From Trueperaceae bacterium (GTDB lineage: Bacteria > Deinococcota > Deinococci > Deinococcales > Trueperaceae), in assembly GCA_965214405.1 (NCBI GenBank), contig OZ243956.1:480001-544000 (forward strand): DNA of 64,000 nucleotides. The letters are read 5' to 3'. The notes beneath the pieces were generated by a model, which saw only the letters and a list, made by a program, of their open reading frames with translations, did no database searches and was not told where the DNA came from. A program made the translations under genes and the position numbers. Positions 20,021 to 31,177 of the stretch are shown in pieces. How positions within the stretch are numbered: the first letter of the stretch is position 1; each line of letters opens with the position of its first letter.

Positions 20021-21886
20021 CTACATCTCCTCCGGCGCGGCGATGCCCAGCGCGTCCAAACTTTTCGCCAGCGTCTCTTTCACTTTGCGCACCAGCGCCA
20101 GCCGCGCCTCGCGCAGCCCCGGCTCGGCCTTGAGCACCTGCGTGTCGGGCCGCCCGTTTTCATCCTTGTGGTTGTAGTAACCGTTCCAGGCGGTGGCCAA
20201 GTCGAGCGCGTACTGCGCAACCAAGTGAGGCGCAAAGTCCCTTGCCGCACTCCCAATCACCTCGGGCAGCTTGGCGACACTCTGGGCGAGCTTGACCTCG
20301 AGCCCCCCCACCTTCGACCAGTCGGCTTGACTCTCGTCTAGCCCCTCGGCGGCGCGCAGGATGCTGCACGCTCGAGCGTGCGCGTACTGCACATAGGGCG
20401 CGGAATCTCCTTGAAGGCTCAGGGCTTGGTCCCAACGGAAGTCAATAATGCGCTTCGCCTCGCTCTTGAGCATCCCGAACCGCAACGCGCCGATGCCGAC
20501 CTCATACGCCACCTCGTCCATCGTCCCCAAGTCCGGGTTTTTCTCCGCGACAACCCCTCGAGCCCGCCGCACCGCCTCGTCCATCACCTCGTCAATCGAC
20601 AGGGTGACGCCCTTACGCCCGCTCATCGCCTGGCCCTCGAGCGTCACCACCTCGTACGCCAGATGGTGCGAGGCGTCAAAGCCCTGCGCGGTGTCCGACA
20701 GGGCGAGCGCCGTTTTGACAATCGTCTGTGGGTGCGACTGGCGCGCGTCGATGACGTTGATAATCTCGTCGCCGTGCGCGAAAGTGTGCCCGTCTGGCTT
20801 TTCCTCGCCTTCGGGGGCGGAGGTGTAGAGCGTGCAGCCCGAGGGTTGGGTGTCGAAAGGGGCAAATTTGAGACCCTCAAACAAGCCGACCTTCCAATAC
20901 TGCGTGCCGATGTCCTTGGCGACGTACATGGCGTTGCCGTCCGAGCGCACCAGCACGACGTAAGGTTCTTCTAAACCCGGCAAGAAGTGAGATACGTCCA
21001 TCACGAGCGCACCCGCGTACTTGCCCTCTTGGGGCGCAAATACATAGTCGCTATTTTTTAAGATAGCCAGCGCCTGCGCCAAGAAGCCGCTCCGGACGAT
21101 GTCGGACTCCCAGACGAGCAGGTCGTATTCGGCCCCCAGACGGTAGTAAGTTGTGAGCTGCGCGCGCAGCACGTCTTCAACGTTAGTACGGAGTTCGCCG
21201 CGCTCGAGCCGGTGCATCACCTCGGACACGCCTGCCTCGATGGCCTCACGCTCCTTTTCTTCGGCCGTTTCTTTAGCCTGCCCTAAGCGCACATAAAGTT
21301 TACCGAGCCAGTGGTCGTACTTTTCAGACCCGTCGTACTCCGCGCCAAAATACTTGACCGCAAAAATCGACTCCGCCGCCTGCCGCCCGGTGTCGTCGAT
21401 GTAGTTCTGCACCTCGACCTCATAGCCCGCCGCCTTGAAGATGCGCGCGCAGGCGTCGCCTAAGACGATGTTGCGCAGGTGGCCGACGTGGGCTTCCTTG
21501 TTGGGGTTGACGGAGGTGTGTTCGACAATGACTTTCTCTTCGCGTCGAGGCAGTGTAGCTTGCTCCGTCACGATACTTTTTACAAAATGCGCGGGGTCGA
21601 CAAAAAAGTTGATATAAGGCCCCACCGCTTCGGCATGGGCCACGCCGGGGGGAAGCTCGAGCCGCTCAATCACCTCTTTGGCGATGATGGCGGGATTCTT
21701 GCGCAGAGTCTTAGCCAAGCCAAAGGCGACCGGCGTGCCGTAGTCGCCGGGCTTGCCCTCGGGCACGTCCTGAACGGCGGCCTCTACCGCTTCCGACACG
21801 CCCGCCTCTGCCAACATGGGGGTGAGAGCGCGCTCGAGCGCCCCCTGCAACTGTTCTTTTAGTGACTGGTCTTTAAGGTCCGACAT
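20021..21886 (-). CDS. argS: Arginine--tRNA ligase
   Basis: EHTSVNPNKEAHVGHLRN, MSGRKG and PYVQYAHAR motifs. Start placed at ATG 21886 after a TAGCGT box. Confidence 0.95.
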   Translation of the reverse strand: MSDLKDQSLKEQLQGALERALTPMLAEAGVSEAVEAAVQDVPEGKPGDYGTPVAFGLAKTLRKNPAIIAKEVIERLELPPGVAHAEAVGPYINFFVDPAHFVKSIVTEQATLPRREEKVIVEHTSVNPNKEAHVGHLRNIVLGDACARIFKAAGYEVEVQNYIDDTGRQAAESIFAVKYFGAEYDGSEKYDHWLGKLYVRLGQAKETAEEKEREAIEAGVSEVMHRLERGELRTNVEDVLRAQLTTYYRLGAEYDLLVWESDIVRSGFLAQALAILKNSDYVFAPQEGKYAGALVMDVSHFLPGLEEPYVVLVRSDGNAMYVAKDIGTQYWKVGLFEGLKFAPFDTQPSGCTLYTSAPEGEEKPDGHTFAHGDEIINVIDARQSHPQTIVKTALALSDTAQGFDASHHLAYEVVTLEGQAMSGRKGVTLSIDEVMDEAVRRARGVVAEKNPDLGTMDEVAYEVGIGALRFGMLKSEAKRIIDFRWDQALSLQGDSAPYVQYAHARACSILRAAEGLDESQADWSKVGGLEVKLAQSVAKLPEVIGSAARDFAPHLVAQYALDLATAWNGYYNHKDENGRPDTQVLKAEPGLREARLALVRKVKETLAKSLDALGIAAPEEM

Positions 21887-22182
21887 AACTTTCACGCTAT
21901 CACGCGGCGCTTTGGCGTCGGCCCTCCTGCACGAACAGTTCGCCATCCTTTTATCAGTCCCGCCCACGGTGAAGTCCTGTTTAGTGACCTTAAACTATAA
22001 GGAGGTAAGAGCTCACCGTACGCTTTTTCATCCGCTATTCTTCGCTCGCTCGGTATGCTCACAGATGTAAGCCACCTTCCAGCCATACGACACGCACCAA
22101 GTAAACTTGATACATGGAGACTAAGATTTATAGAGTCGTAACCCATCCCCACTCCCCCACCCTTCCCCAGAGGAGGCGTTAA

Positions 22183-24642
<2,460 letters not shown>

Positions 24643-24659
24643 CCCAATCAAGACAAATC

Positions 24660-24690
24660 AAGGGCTGAGTGTGTAACTCAGCCCTTTTTC
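24660..24690 (+). terminator. Intrinsic terminator after lon
   Basis: AGGGCTGAGT-gtgta-ACTCAGCCCT stem followed by TTTT. Confidence 0.85.
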
Positions 24691-24788
24691 ATTTGTGCGG
24701 GTTCAATATTCAGTAGAGGCTGCTCGAGCGTGCGACTGCTGATACTCATGGGTAGCGACCTATTCACCTCCGCCTAAACCTCTACGCG

Positions 24789-24823
24789 AAAAAGAAGAGC
24801 GCCGTTCAACACGGCGCCCTCTC
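24789..24823 (-). terminator. Intrinsic terminator after the 1138-aa lipoprotein gene
   Basis: Minus strand reads AGAGGGCGCCGT-gttga-ACGGCGCTCTTC then TTTTT. Confidence 0.7.
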
Positions 24824-24845
24824 CCATACAGCTTACAAATTGAGC

Positions 24846-27800
24846 TTAACGGTCTTGGTCGTCCCGGTCATCGCGGTCTGGGCTCGAGAGGTAGTCCGGC
24901 GCGAGCGCCACCGACTCCACGTTGTCAACCGTGACCGAACGGTCCGGCCTCGCGTCTTTCATCCCCGATTGGCTGAGGATGTTGTCGAAACGCAGCACGG
25001 TGTCCTTGGTCTTTTCGGCCACGTAAAGGTCTTTGCCGTCGAAGGTGATGTCGACAGGGTTACCCAAGGTGGACTGAGGGCCGCCGATTTGCGTTCTCAC
25101 CGCCACGTTGCCGTTCGCGGTGCTCCCGTTTTCAATAACGAAGAGTTGGCCGTCCGAATTGCTGGCCGCGTCGCCCACGTCCGACAGGATGAGCACGTCG
25201 CCGGAGTAGCCGTCAGCGGAAGAAACGTGAACGACGCCGTGAAGGTTGACCGACACCTTGCTGCTGCCGTTCGTCGGCGTAATCACACGGTCCGGGCCGC
25301 CCGCGCCCATGCTGTCCACGTAGTCGTCATAAACGAGCACGGTGCCGTCGGTCGCGGCCACGAAGAGGCGGTCATTCATGGGATCGTAGTCTAAGTCCCA
25401 AACGCTGCGCATGTCGCTGCCTAAGTCACTGGTGACGTAGAGCGGCGTGACGTTGCCGCCCGCTTCGGTGCTAAAGACATTGATGTTTTGAGCACCAAAG
25501 TCCGCGACAATCACGATGCCTTGCGCGCTCGCAATGTCCAGACCCTTGGGCGCGACGAGGCCGGTCTGATCGCCCGTGATGGTGCGGTCGCGTGAGGCGT
25601 TGAACATGTCACCGTCACGGCTGTCGGCGAGGCGGTTGACCACCAAAATGCCGCCCTGGCTCGGCGTCATGCCGTTGTCGAAGGTCAGGTAGGCGTCGCC
25701 GGAGAGGCTGAAGGTGATGTTTTCGGGGTTGGCGGTGGCGTCGCGCGTATCAAAGGCGGAGCGGATGCTCGAGGACAAGTCGGTGCCCAGCTCGAGCACG
25801 AAATCGTCGCCCGCGTCATTGTCGCCGTCTCTCACGCTGCCGTTGGTCGGGTCCGGCGTGTTGCTGGTCGCAAACACCGCGTCAATCATGATGTCGGCGT
25901 CGTCAATGTCGGTTACGTCGGGGGTGGTCAACATGAAGTTGTCCGCCTCGGAAACGAGCGACTCGGGCTTCGCCTCACTCACCGCAAGGTCGGGCGCGAC
26001 GTTGCCGCTGTCGCCGTCAAAGATGTTGTCGAACACGAGCAGCATGTCGCGGGCTTTTTCCGCCACGCGCGCTTCGCTACCGTCCACGATGATGTCCACG
26101 GGGTTGCCGAGCATCGTCGCGGGGCCGCGGATGACGCGGTCGGGTTGAAGGTTGTCTGAGCCGTCTCCGTCCTTGTCGAGATCGTTAAAGACGTAGATGC
26201 TGCCGTCATCATTAACGCTCGCATCACCGACGTCGGTCACGACGAGGCTATCTTTGTCGTTAACGTAGAAGATGCCGTGCAGGTTGGTGGAAATCTTGTT
26301 GCTACTATTATCTACCGGCGTGATGACGCGGTCGGGGCCGTCGCTGCCAAAGTCGCCGTCACGGTCGCGGTCATCACCACGGTCGTCGCGGTCGTTGTCA
26401 GAACCTAAGTAGCCTTCGAACACCGCCACGGTGCCGTCGGTCAGCGCGACAAAGAGCCGGTCGCCGTCCTCGTCATAAGACACATCCCAGGGTTTCACGT
26501 CGAGGCGCGTTGTCGCTACGGGCGCGACGTTGCCGTCCGCCGCCGTGCCGAAAACCTTGAGATTGCCCGCGCCGAAGTCGGCAATGATGAGGTAACCCGC
26601 GTCATAGGCGATGTCGATACCCTTGGGCGCGACTAAGCTGGTCTTGTCCCCTTGAATCTCGCGGTCTACCGTCTCGGTGTAGGTACCGTCGTCGCGGTTG
26701 CGAATCTGGCGAATGATGCGGACGCTGCCGTTATTCATGTCCACGTCGCCCGCGTGGTAGAGGTTGCCCAGGCCGTCGAGCTCCACGCCTTCGTTGTTGC
26801 CCGAGAAGAAGGTGCTCTGGAGGTCGAAATCTTCGTCGAATCTGTCAACCTGGCCCACATTGTCCATGCCGTTGTTCGACACGTAAACGTTGAGGTTGAA
26901 GTCGGAATTGAAACCATTGTCGGGGCGGTCCGGTCTGCCCGGTTTGTCGTCGTAGTCGTCCATCGCGGCCACAATCGACTCAGGCTTCATCTCGTTCACC
27001 GCGAGGTCGGGCTCGACGTCGCCGCTTCGTCCGAAGAAGATGTTGTTGAAGACGAGCAGTTGGTCCCTGGCTTTTTCCATCACCCTTGCTTCTTGCCCGT
27101 TGATGATGACGTCCACAGGGTTGCCAAGCATCGTGCCCTGCCCGCTGATGACGCGCCCCGGAATGACGTTGCCGTTCTCGTTGCTGGCGTCGTGAATCAC
27201 GTAAATCGCGCCGTCGTTGTCCACAGCCGCGTCGCCGACGTCAGTCAGGACCAGCGCGTCCAAGTTCTTGTCGTAGTCGATGCCGTGGAGGTTGTCCGAA
27301 ATCTTGTTGCCGCGGCGGTCGGCGGGCGTGATGATGGTGTCGGGACCGTCGCTGCCAAAGCCTTGCTGGAGGTACCTGTCAAACACCGCCACGGTGCCGT
27401 CGGTTAGGGCGACAAAGAGCCGGTCACTCTCCTCGTCGTAAACCAAATCCCAGGGCTTGACGGGCAGATTGGTCGTCGCCGTGGGGGGAACGTTGCCGTC
27501 GTCTGAGGTGTTGAAGATTTTGATGTTCTGATTGCCGGGGTCCGCGCCAAAGTCGGCCACGAGGATGTAGTTGGCCTTTTCAGCGAGGTCGATGCCCTTG
27601 GGCGCGACCAAGCCGGTCTGGTCGCCACGAATTTCGCGGTCCACGTCCGGGTCATAAGAGCCGTCTTCGCGCAAGTAAAACTGCGAGATGATGCGGATGC
27701 TGGGGCCGTTGTCGCCGTCGCCCGCGTGGTAGAGGTCGCCGAAGCGGTCGATCTCGACGCCTTCGTTGTTGCCCGAGAAGAAGGTGTCTTGCAGGTCGTA

Positions 27801-28262
27801 GTCTTCGTCAAAGGTGTCGACCTGACCAGCGTTCTGGGGACCGTTGTTCGACACGTAAAAGGTGTCGGCCACGTTGCCGCCCGCGCCCGGGTTGAAGATG
27901 ATGATGATGATAATCACCACGGAGTCGCCGTCGGCGTTGCCTACGGTGACCCTGATGGTGTTCTCACCCTCGACGAGCCCCGACACGGGGAAAGCGTACT
28001 CGTTATTGGCAAACTCGACGGGCCACACCTGGCCGCCGTTAAGCTGGTAGCTCATGGACGTGACGCCGTCCTCGAGCACGCCCGTCACCGTCACGTTGTC
28101 TTGACTGACCGTCGCGCCGTCCGCCGGACCCGTGATGTTGATGAGGTCGGGCTGGGCGGTGCCAGGCCCTGAAGAACAAGCTGTAAATAAAACGGTCAGC
28201 AGGACAAGTACGGCTAAACCTAACCGCCGGAATGAAGCCTGCTTTCTTTTCTCCTTATTCAT
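24846..28262 (-). CDS. Large acidic lipoprotein: Ig-like domain plus three tandem ~300-aa beta-propeller-like repeats
   Basis: Basic N-terminus, hydrophobic core and FTAC lipobox (Cys29). Ig-like domain at aa ~41-124. Three repeats each carry LVAPKGxD, WDxxYD..DRLFVA.TDGTV.V, NLHG, DVGDA and LGNPVD. GAGGAGG RBS. Confidence 0.85.
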   Translation of the reverse strand: MNKEKRKQASFRRLGLAVLVLLTVLFTACSSGPGTAQPDLINITGPADGATVSQDNVTVTGVLEDGVTSMSYQLNGGQVWPVEFANNEYAFPVSGLVEGENTIRVTVGNADGDSVVIIIIIIFNPGAGGNVADTFYVSNNGPQNAGQVDTFDEDYDLQDTFFSGNNEGVEIDRFGDLYHAGDGDNGPSIRIISQFYLREDGSYDPDVDREIRGDQTGLVAPKGIDLAEKANYILVADFGADPGNQNIKIFNTSDDGNVPPTATTNLPVKPWDLVYDEESDRLFVALTDGTVAVFDRYLQQGFGSDGPDTIITPADRRGNKISDNLHGIDYDKNLDALVLTDVGDAAVDNDGAIYVIHDASNENGNVIPGRVISGQGTMLGNPVDVIINGQEARVMEKARDQLLVFNNIFFGRSGDVEPDLAVNEMKPESIVAAMDDYDDKPGRPDRPDNGFNSDFNLNVYVSNNGMDNVGQVDRFDEDFDLQSTFFSGNNEGVELDGLGNLYHAGDVDMNNGSVRIIRQIRNRDDGTYTETVDREIQGDKTSLVAPKGIDIAYDAGYLIIADFGAGNLKVFGTAADGNVAPVATTRLDVKPWDVSYDEDGDRLFVALTDGTVAVFEGYLGSDNDRDDRGDDRDRDGDFGSDGPDRVITPVDNSSNKISTNLHGIFYVNDKDSLVVTDVGDASVNDDGSIYVFNDLDKDGDGSDNLQPDRVIRGPATMLGNPVDIIVDGSEARVAEKARDMLLVFDNIFDGDSGNVAPDLAVSEAKPESLVSEADNFMLTTPDVTDIDDADIMIDAVFATSNTPDPTNGSVRDGDNDAGDDFVLELGTDLSSSIRSAFDTRDATANPENITFSLSGDAYLTFDNGMTPSQGGILVVNRLADSRDGDMFNASRDRTITGDQTGLVAPKGLDIASAQGIVIVADFGAQNINVFSTEAGGNVTPLYVTSDLGSDMRSVWDLDYDPMNDRLFVAATDGTVLVYDDYVDSMGAGGPDRVITPTNGSSKVSVNLHGVVHVSSADGYSGDVLILSDVGDAASNSDGQLFVIENGSTANGNVAVRTQIGGPQSTLGNPVDITFDGKDLYVAEKTKDTVLRFDNILSQSGMKDARPDRSVTVDNVESVALAPDYLSSPDRDDRDDQDR

Positions 28263-28459
28263 ACGGTTGCAACCTCCTCAAGGTGCTTTGTATGGGCGTA
28301 AAATCAAATGAATAGAACTGTCGTTGGTTTGAGTTAGTGCGCATTTCGCTCAGTAAAAACCTCCTCACGACACACCACAAACGCTGTCGTCTTGGTCGTC
28401 TTGCCACGTATGACTCTGCTCTTTTATCTCAAGCTTCTCCTCCCCCTTCTGGTTTATGA

Positions 28460-28485
28460 AACGCCTGCCGTCAACTTTTGGATGC
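28460..28485 (-). promoter_or_regulatory. Putative ECF sigma promoter GCATCC-N16-CGTT (copy 1)
   Basis: Minus strand GCATCCAAAAGTTGACGGCAGGCGTT, pointing toward the lipoprotein gene. Confidence 0.7.
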
Positions 28486-28557
28486 GCTTAGGCCGGTGCA
28501 TTCAAAAAACGGCTGGAGCGCTTCGGCGCGCGTGCTTCTTGGGCTTCCACCTTAAGA

Positions 28558-28583
28558 AACGCGGTCTGTGTGTTTTTGGATGC
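28558..28583 (-). promoter_or_regulatory. Putative ECF sigma promoter GCATCC-N16-CGTT (copy 2)
   Basis: Minus strand GCATCCAAAAACACACAGACCGCGTT. Confidence 0.7.
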
Positions 28584-28602
28584 GTGAAGTATTTTTGAAA
28601 TC

Positions 28603-28800
28603 TCAGGACGTTTTCGGTGGGTCGGAATTCAAGAGACGGTGCCGCAGGCTGCTTAGTAGCGCGGGGTCAACTTCGGTGGGTTCTGAGCCCTCGAGCTCCC
28701 CTAACACCCCCTCCAGCGTCTTCGCATAATCATCCGCATGAACAAGCTCGGCGAGCCGTTTGAGCCTCTGTAAGCGGCCCATCAGGGTGTCGAGGGTCAT
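28603..28800 (-). CDS. Small hypothetical protein
   Basis: Helical ORF (MTLDTLMGRLQRLKRLAE...) downstream of promoter copy 3. Start is 28800 or 28824. Confidence 0.55.
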   Translation of the reverse strand: MTLDTLMGRLQRLKRLAELVHADDYAKTLEGVLGELEGSEPTEVDPALLSSLRHRLLNSDPPKTS

Positions 28801-28855
28801 GGTGCGGCCCTTGAATATTGGCAAATTTTCATTCGTCTTCCCTCACACCTTACGT

Positions 28856-28881
28856 AACGCACGCCGCTGACTTTTGGATGC
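28856..28881 (-). promoter_or_regulatory. Putative ECF sigma promoter GCATCC-N16-CGTT (copy 3)
   Basis: Minus strand GCATCCAAAAGTCAGCGGCGTGCGTT. Confidence 0.7.
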
Positions 28882-28925
28882 AAAGCGCTGGCTGCCTCGT
28901 TAAAACCTGCCACAACGACGTCCAC

Positions 28926-28951
28926 GCATCCAACACGCGCCCGGGTGCGTT
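28926..28951 (+). promoter_or_regulatory. Putative ECF sigma autoregulatory promoter GCATCC-N16-CGTT (copy 4)
   Basis: GCATCCAACACGCGCCCGGGTGCGTT, about 10 nt before the AAGGAGG RBS of the ORF at 28976. Confidence 0.75.
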
Positions 28952-28975
28952 ACCTAAAGTAAGGAGGCCGCAAAG

Positions 28976-29215
28976 GTGAAAGCGAGTGAGATCAGGGTGA
29001 GGCTAGAAGAAATGCCGTACGTCCGGCAACTCTCGAGACGCGAGTTGCAAGAGGTTACCGCGGGGGTTGAAGACGCTATTCTTAAGGGGACGGCGCAGAT
29101 CGGGGATTACGAGGATTTCGTTCTTTGTAAGCAAGAACTCGTAAGACGCGCCGACTTTGGGATAGCGAGAGCAGAGGGAAACGTAGAAGCGGAGGCCCAT
29201 GAAAAGCGTCCTTAG
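28976..29215 (+). CDS. Small hypothetical protein, first gene of the putative ECF operon
   Basis: Strong AAGGAGG RBS, GTG start, 79 aa. Confidence 0.65.
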   Translation: MKASEIRVRLEEMPYVRQLSRRELQEVTAGVEDAILKGTAQIGDYEDFVLCKQELVRRADFGIARAEGNVEAEAHEKRP

Positions 29216-29342
29216 GCGGCGCGCGACCTTTAGAAGCGTTTTTGCGGGGCGTCACGAGGCGGGCTGCGCAAGAGGGTGCAACGGTCTTTATTCGTGAAAT
29301 GGAACTTAAAAATATACGTGAAGATAAACGTGATGGGGGAAC

Positions 29343-29879
29343 ATGGAGCTCGAGGCGGAGTTGGTCGCACGGCTGCAACGGGGTGACGAGGGGGCGTTGG
29401 CTGAACTTTACGAGCGGCTAGGCGGCAACGTTTACGCCCTGGCGCTCAAGCTACTCAAAAGCCGTGAGGAGGCTGAAGAGGTGGTGCAGGACACATTTTT
29501 AACGCTCTACCGCAAGGCGGAGAGCTACCATACGCTGCACCGCTCGCCGAGGGCGTTCGTCTACACCATCGCGCGCAACGAGGCCTTATCGCGGCTGCGC
29601 AAGCGCGGCGCGCGGCCCAACAAGGCGGACGGCTGGGACGTTCACGACCCGACCGCCATCTTCTCTTCGCCCGCCCCGGCCGATCCGACGACGCCTTTAT
29701 TTGTGGGCAAGATGCTCGAGCATGTGGACGCTGAAGAGAGAACGCTTTTAGAGGGAAGCTTCTACTCGGGCTACACCCACGCCGAGCTCTCCGAACTCAC
29801 CGGGCTGCCCTTAGGAACCGTGAAAAGCAAGCTGCGGCGGGCGCTCCTCAAGCTTAGAGACTATATGGAGGCGCTATGA
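29343..29879 (+). CDS. ECF RNA polymerase sigma factor (SigK-like)
   Basis: Region 2 (GDEGALAELYER, EAEEVVQDTF) and region 4 (GYTHAEL...PLGTVKSKLRRAL). Stop overlaps the anti-sigma start. Confidence 0.93.
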   Translation: MELEAELVARLQRGDEGALAELYERLGGNVYALALKLLKSREEAEEVVQDTFLTLYRKAESYHTLHRSPRAFVYTIARNEALSRLRKRGARPNKADGWDVHDPTAIFSSPAPADPTTPLFVGKMLEHVDAEERTLLEGSFYSGYTHAELSELTGLPLGTVKSKLRRALLKLRDYMEAL

Positions 29880-30988
29880 ACCGCGCCACAAACGCCGCGA
29901 AGGAGCATCCTACAGAACTTCTGCCGGACTACGTTTTGGGCATACTCACGCCCCAACAAACCGCGGCGGTGGAGGCGCACCTGGCGAGTTGCGAGGCGTG
30001 CCAGGAAGAGGCGTGGCGGCTGGGCGCACCGCTGGTTCTCATGACGGAAGCTTTGAACACTGAGGCCTTCACTTATGCTTTCAACGAAACTGCACCGCTC
30101 GAGCCGCCCCCCCACGTTTGGGAGGCCATCAAGGCACGTCTGCGCAACGAGCGCCAGGGTGTCTTGAAAGAGAAAATTGCGGATGAGCCTACAGCAGAAG
30201 CGGGTGAGGAGGATACGTCCTCGCCCTACGTTCCCCAGCTTGCGAACCTCCCGACTCACTACGGCTGGCTCGCCGCGGCTTGCGTCTCGCTGCTGTTGGT
30301 TTTTAGCGGGGTCTGGGGTGTCCAGAACTACAACGCACTCCAGCGGGTACAAAACGAGACGCGTCTGGTACGTACGTTTCTCGCGCGTCCACAGGTGGAT
30401 AGGGTGGTGCTGGAAAACACGCTGGCAAACGGCCCCGGCGGGTCTCTGGGAAGTGTGCTTTTGACCCCGGACAGCGAGGCGCTTTTCGTCCTCGAGCAGT
30501 CTGCCCCCCCCCGACGGACTTACCAAGCCTGGGGCCACACCAGCAGCGACTGGGACCCGGACAGAGGCGAGGCGCTCACGTCCTTGGAGGTATCCCGGAA
30601 CGCCGTTTTCGAGGTTCCCGCCGGGGGCTTCGCGTCGCTCTATTTGAGCCTCGAGCCCGCGGGCGGGAGCCCTCAGCCCACCAACCCGCTAAGCAAGGTG
30701 TCGCTCCTCAACCCCAGACCGGAGGGCGCGGTAAACATCACAAGCCCGGCGGACGGCGCGACGCTCTCAGCGGAGAGCACCATCGTCGTCGGGGAGGTTG
30801 CGAGAGACGTGACCAGCCTGAGTTACCGCGTGAACGGCGGCGAGGCGGTTCAGACAACGGCGGCGAACAACCGCTTTAGCTTTACGGTGTCGGGGCTTCG
30901 CGCGGGGCAAAACACGGTTCAGGTCACCGCGACGACGGCTGACGGCGGGGCGGAAACGGACACCGTTACCGTGACCGTAGAGCCTTGA
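29876..30988 (+). CDS. Anti-sigma factor: zf-HC2, TM, RskA-like domain and C-terminal Ig-like domain
   Basis: HLASCEAC zinc motif, TM WLAAACVSLLLVF, RskA signature LSLEPAGGSPQPT, then an Ig-like domain starting VNITSPADG. Confidence 0.88.
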   Translation: MNRATNAAKEHPTELLPDYVLGILTPQQTAAVEAHLASCEACQEEAWRLGAPLVLMTEALNTEAFTYAFNETAPLEPPPHVWEAIKARLRNERQGVLKEKIADEPTAEAGEEDTSSPYVPQLANLPTHYGWLAAACVSLLLVFSGVWGVQNYNALQRVQNETRLVRTFLARPQVDRVVLENTLANGPGGSLGSVLLTPDSEALFVLEQSAPPRRTYQAWGHTSSDWDPDRGEALTSLEVSRNAVFEVPAGGFASLYLSLEPAGGSPQPTNPLSKVSLLNPRPEGAVNITSPADGATLSAESTIVVGEVARDVTSLSYRVNGGEAVQTTAANNRFSFTVSGLRAGQNTVQVTATTADGGAETDTVTVTVEP

Positions 30989-31012
30989 AACCTTCAAATC
31001 AGGTTTAGCCTC

Positions 31013-31055
31013 GAGCCGAAACGGGTGTCTCATAAACCAGACTCCGTTTCGGCTC
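31013..31055. terminator. Stem-loop between the anti-sigma and the propeller gene
   Basis: GAGCCGAAACGG...CCGTTTCGGCTC 12-bp inverted repeat; no clear U-tract. Confidence 0.5.
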
Positions 31056-31177
31056 AACATTTGACGCATCAACATTTAATGCACAGGCGACCCGTTCGTA
31101 ACGCGGCGTAACATGCTTTTGCTTTGTGGGTTGTTAAGGTTACCTCACTTATAAATCATCCATAGAGGGGAAACACG

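Noticed and set aside
28255..28344. 29-codon upstream ORF (MRTNSNQRQFY...) overlapping the lipoprotein start
   Set aside because: The GAGGAGG lies about 15 nt from its ATG and there is no homology evidence, so it cannot be distinguished from chance.
29199..29297. 32-codon ORF (MKSVLRRR...) between the 79-aa gene and the sigma gene
   Set aside because: Very short, tight RBS spacing and no recognisable features.
31066..31091. GCATCA-N16-CGAC upstream of the 380-aa propeller gene as another ECF promoter
   Set aside because: Mismatches in both boxes; plausible but not supportable from sequence alone.
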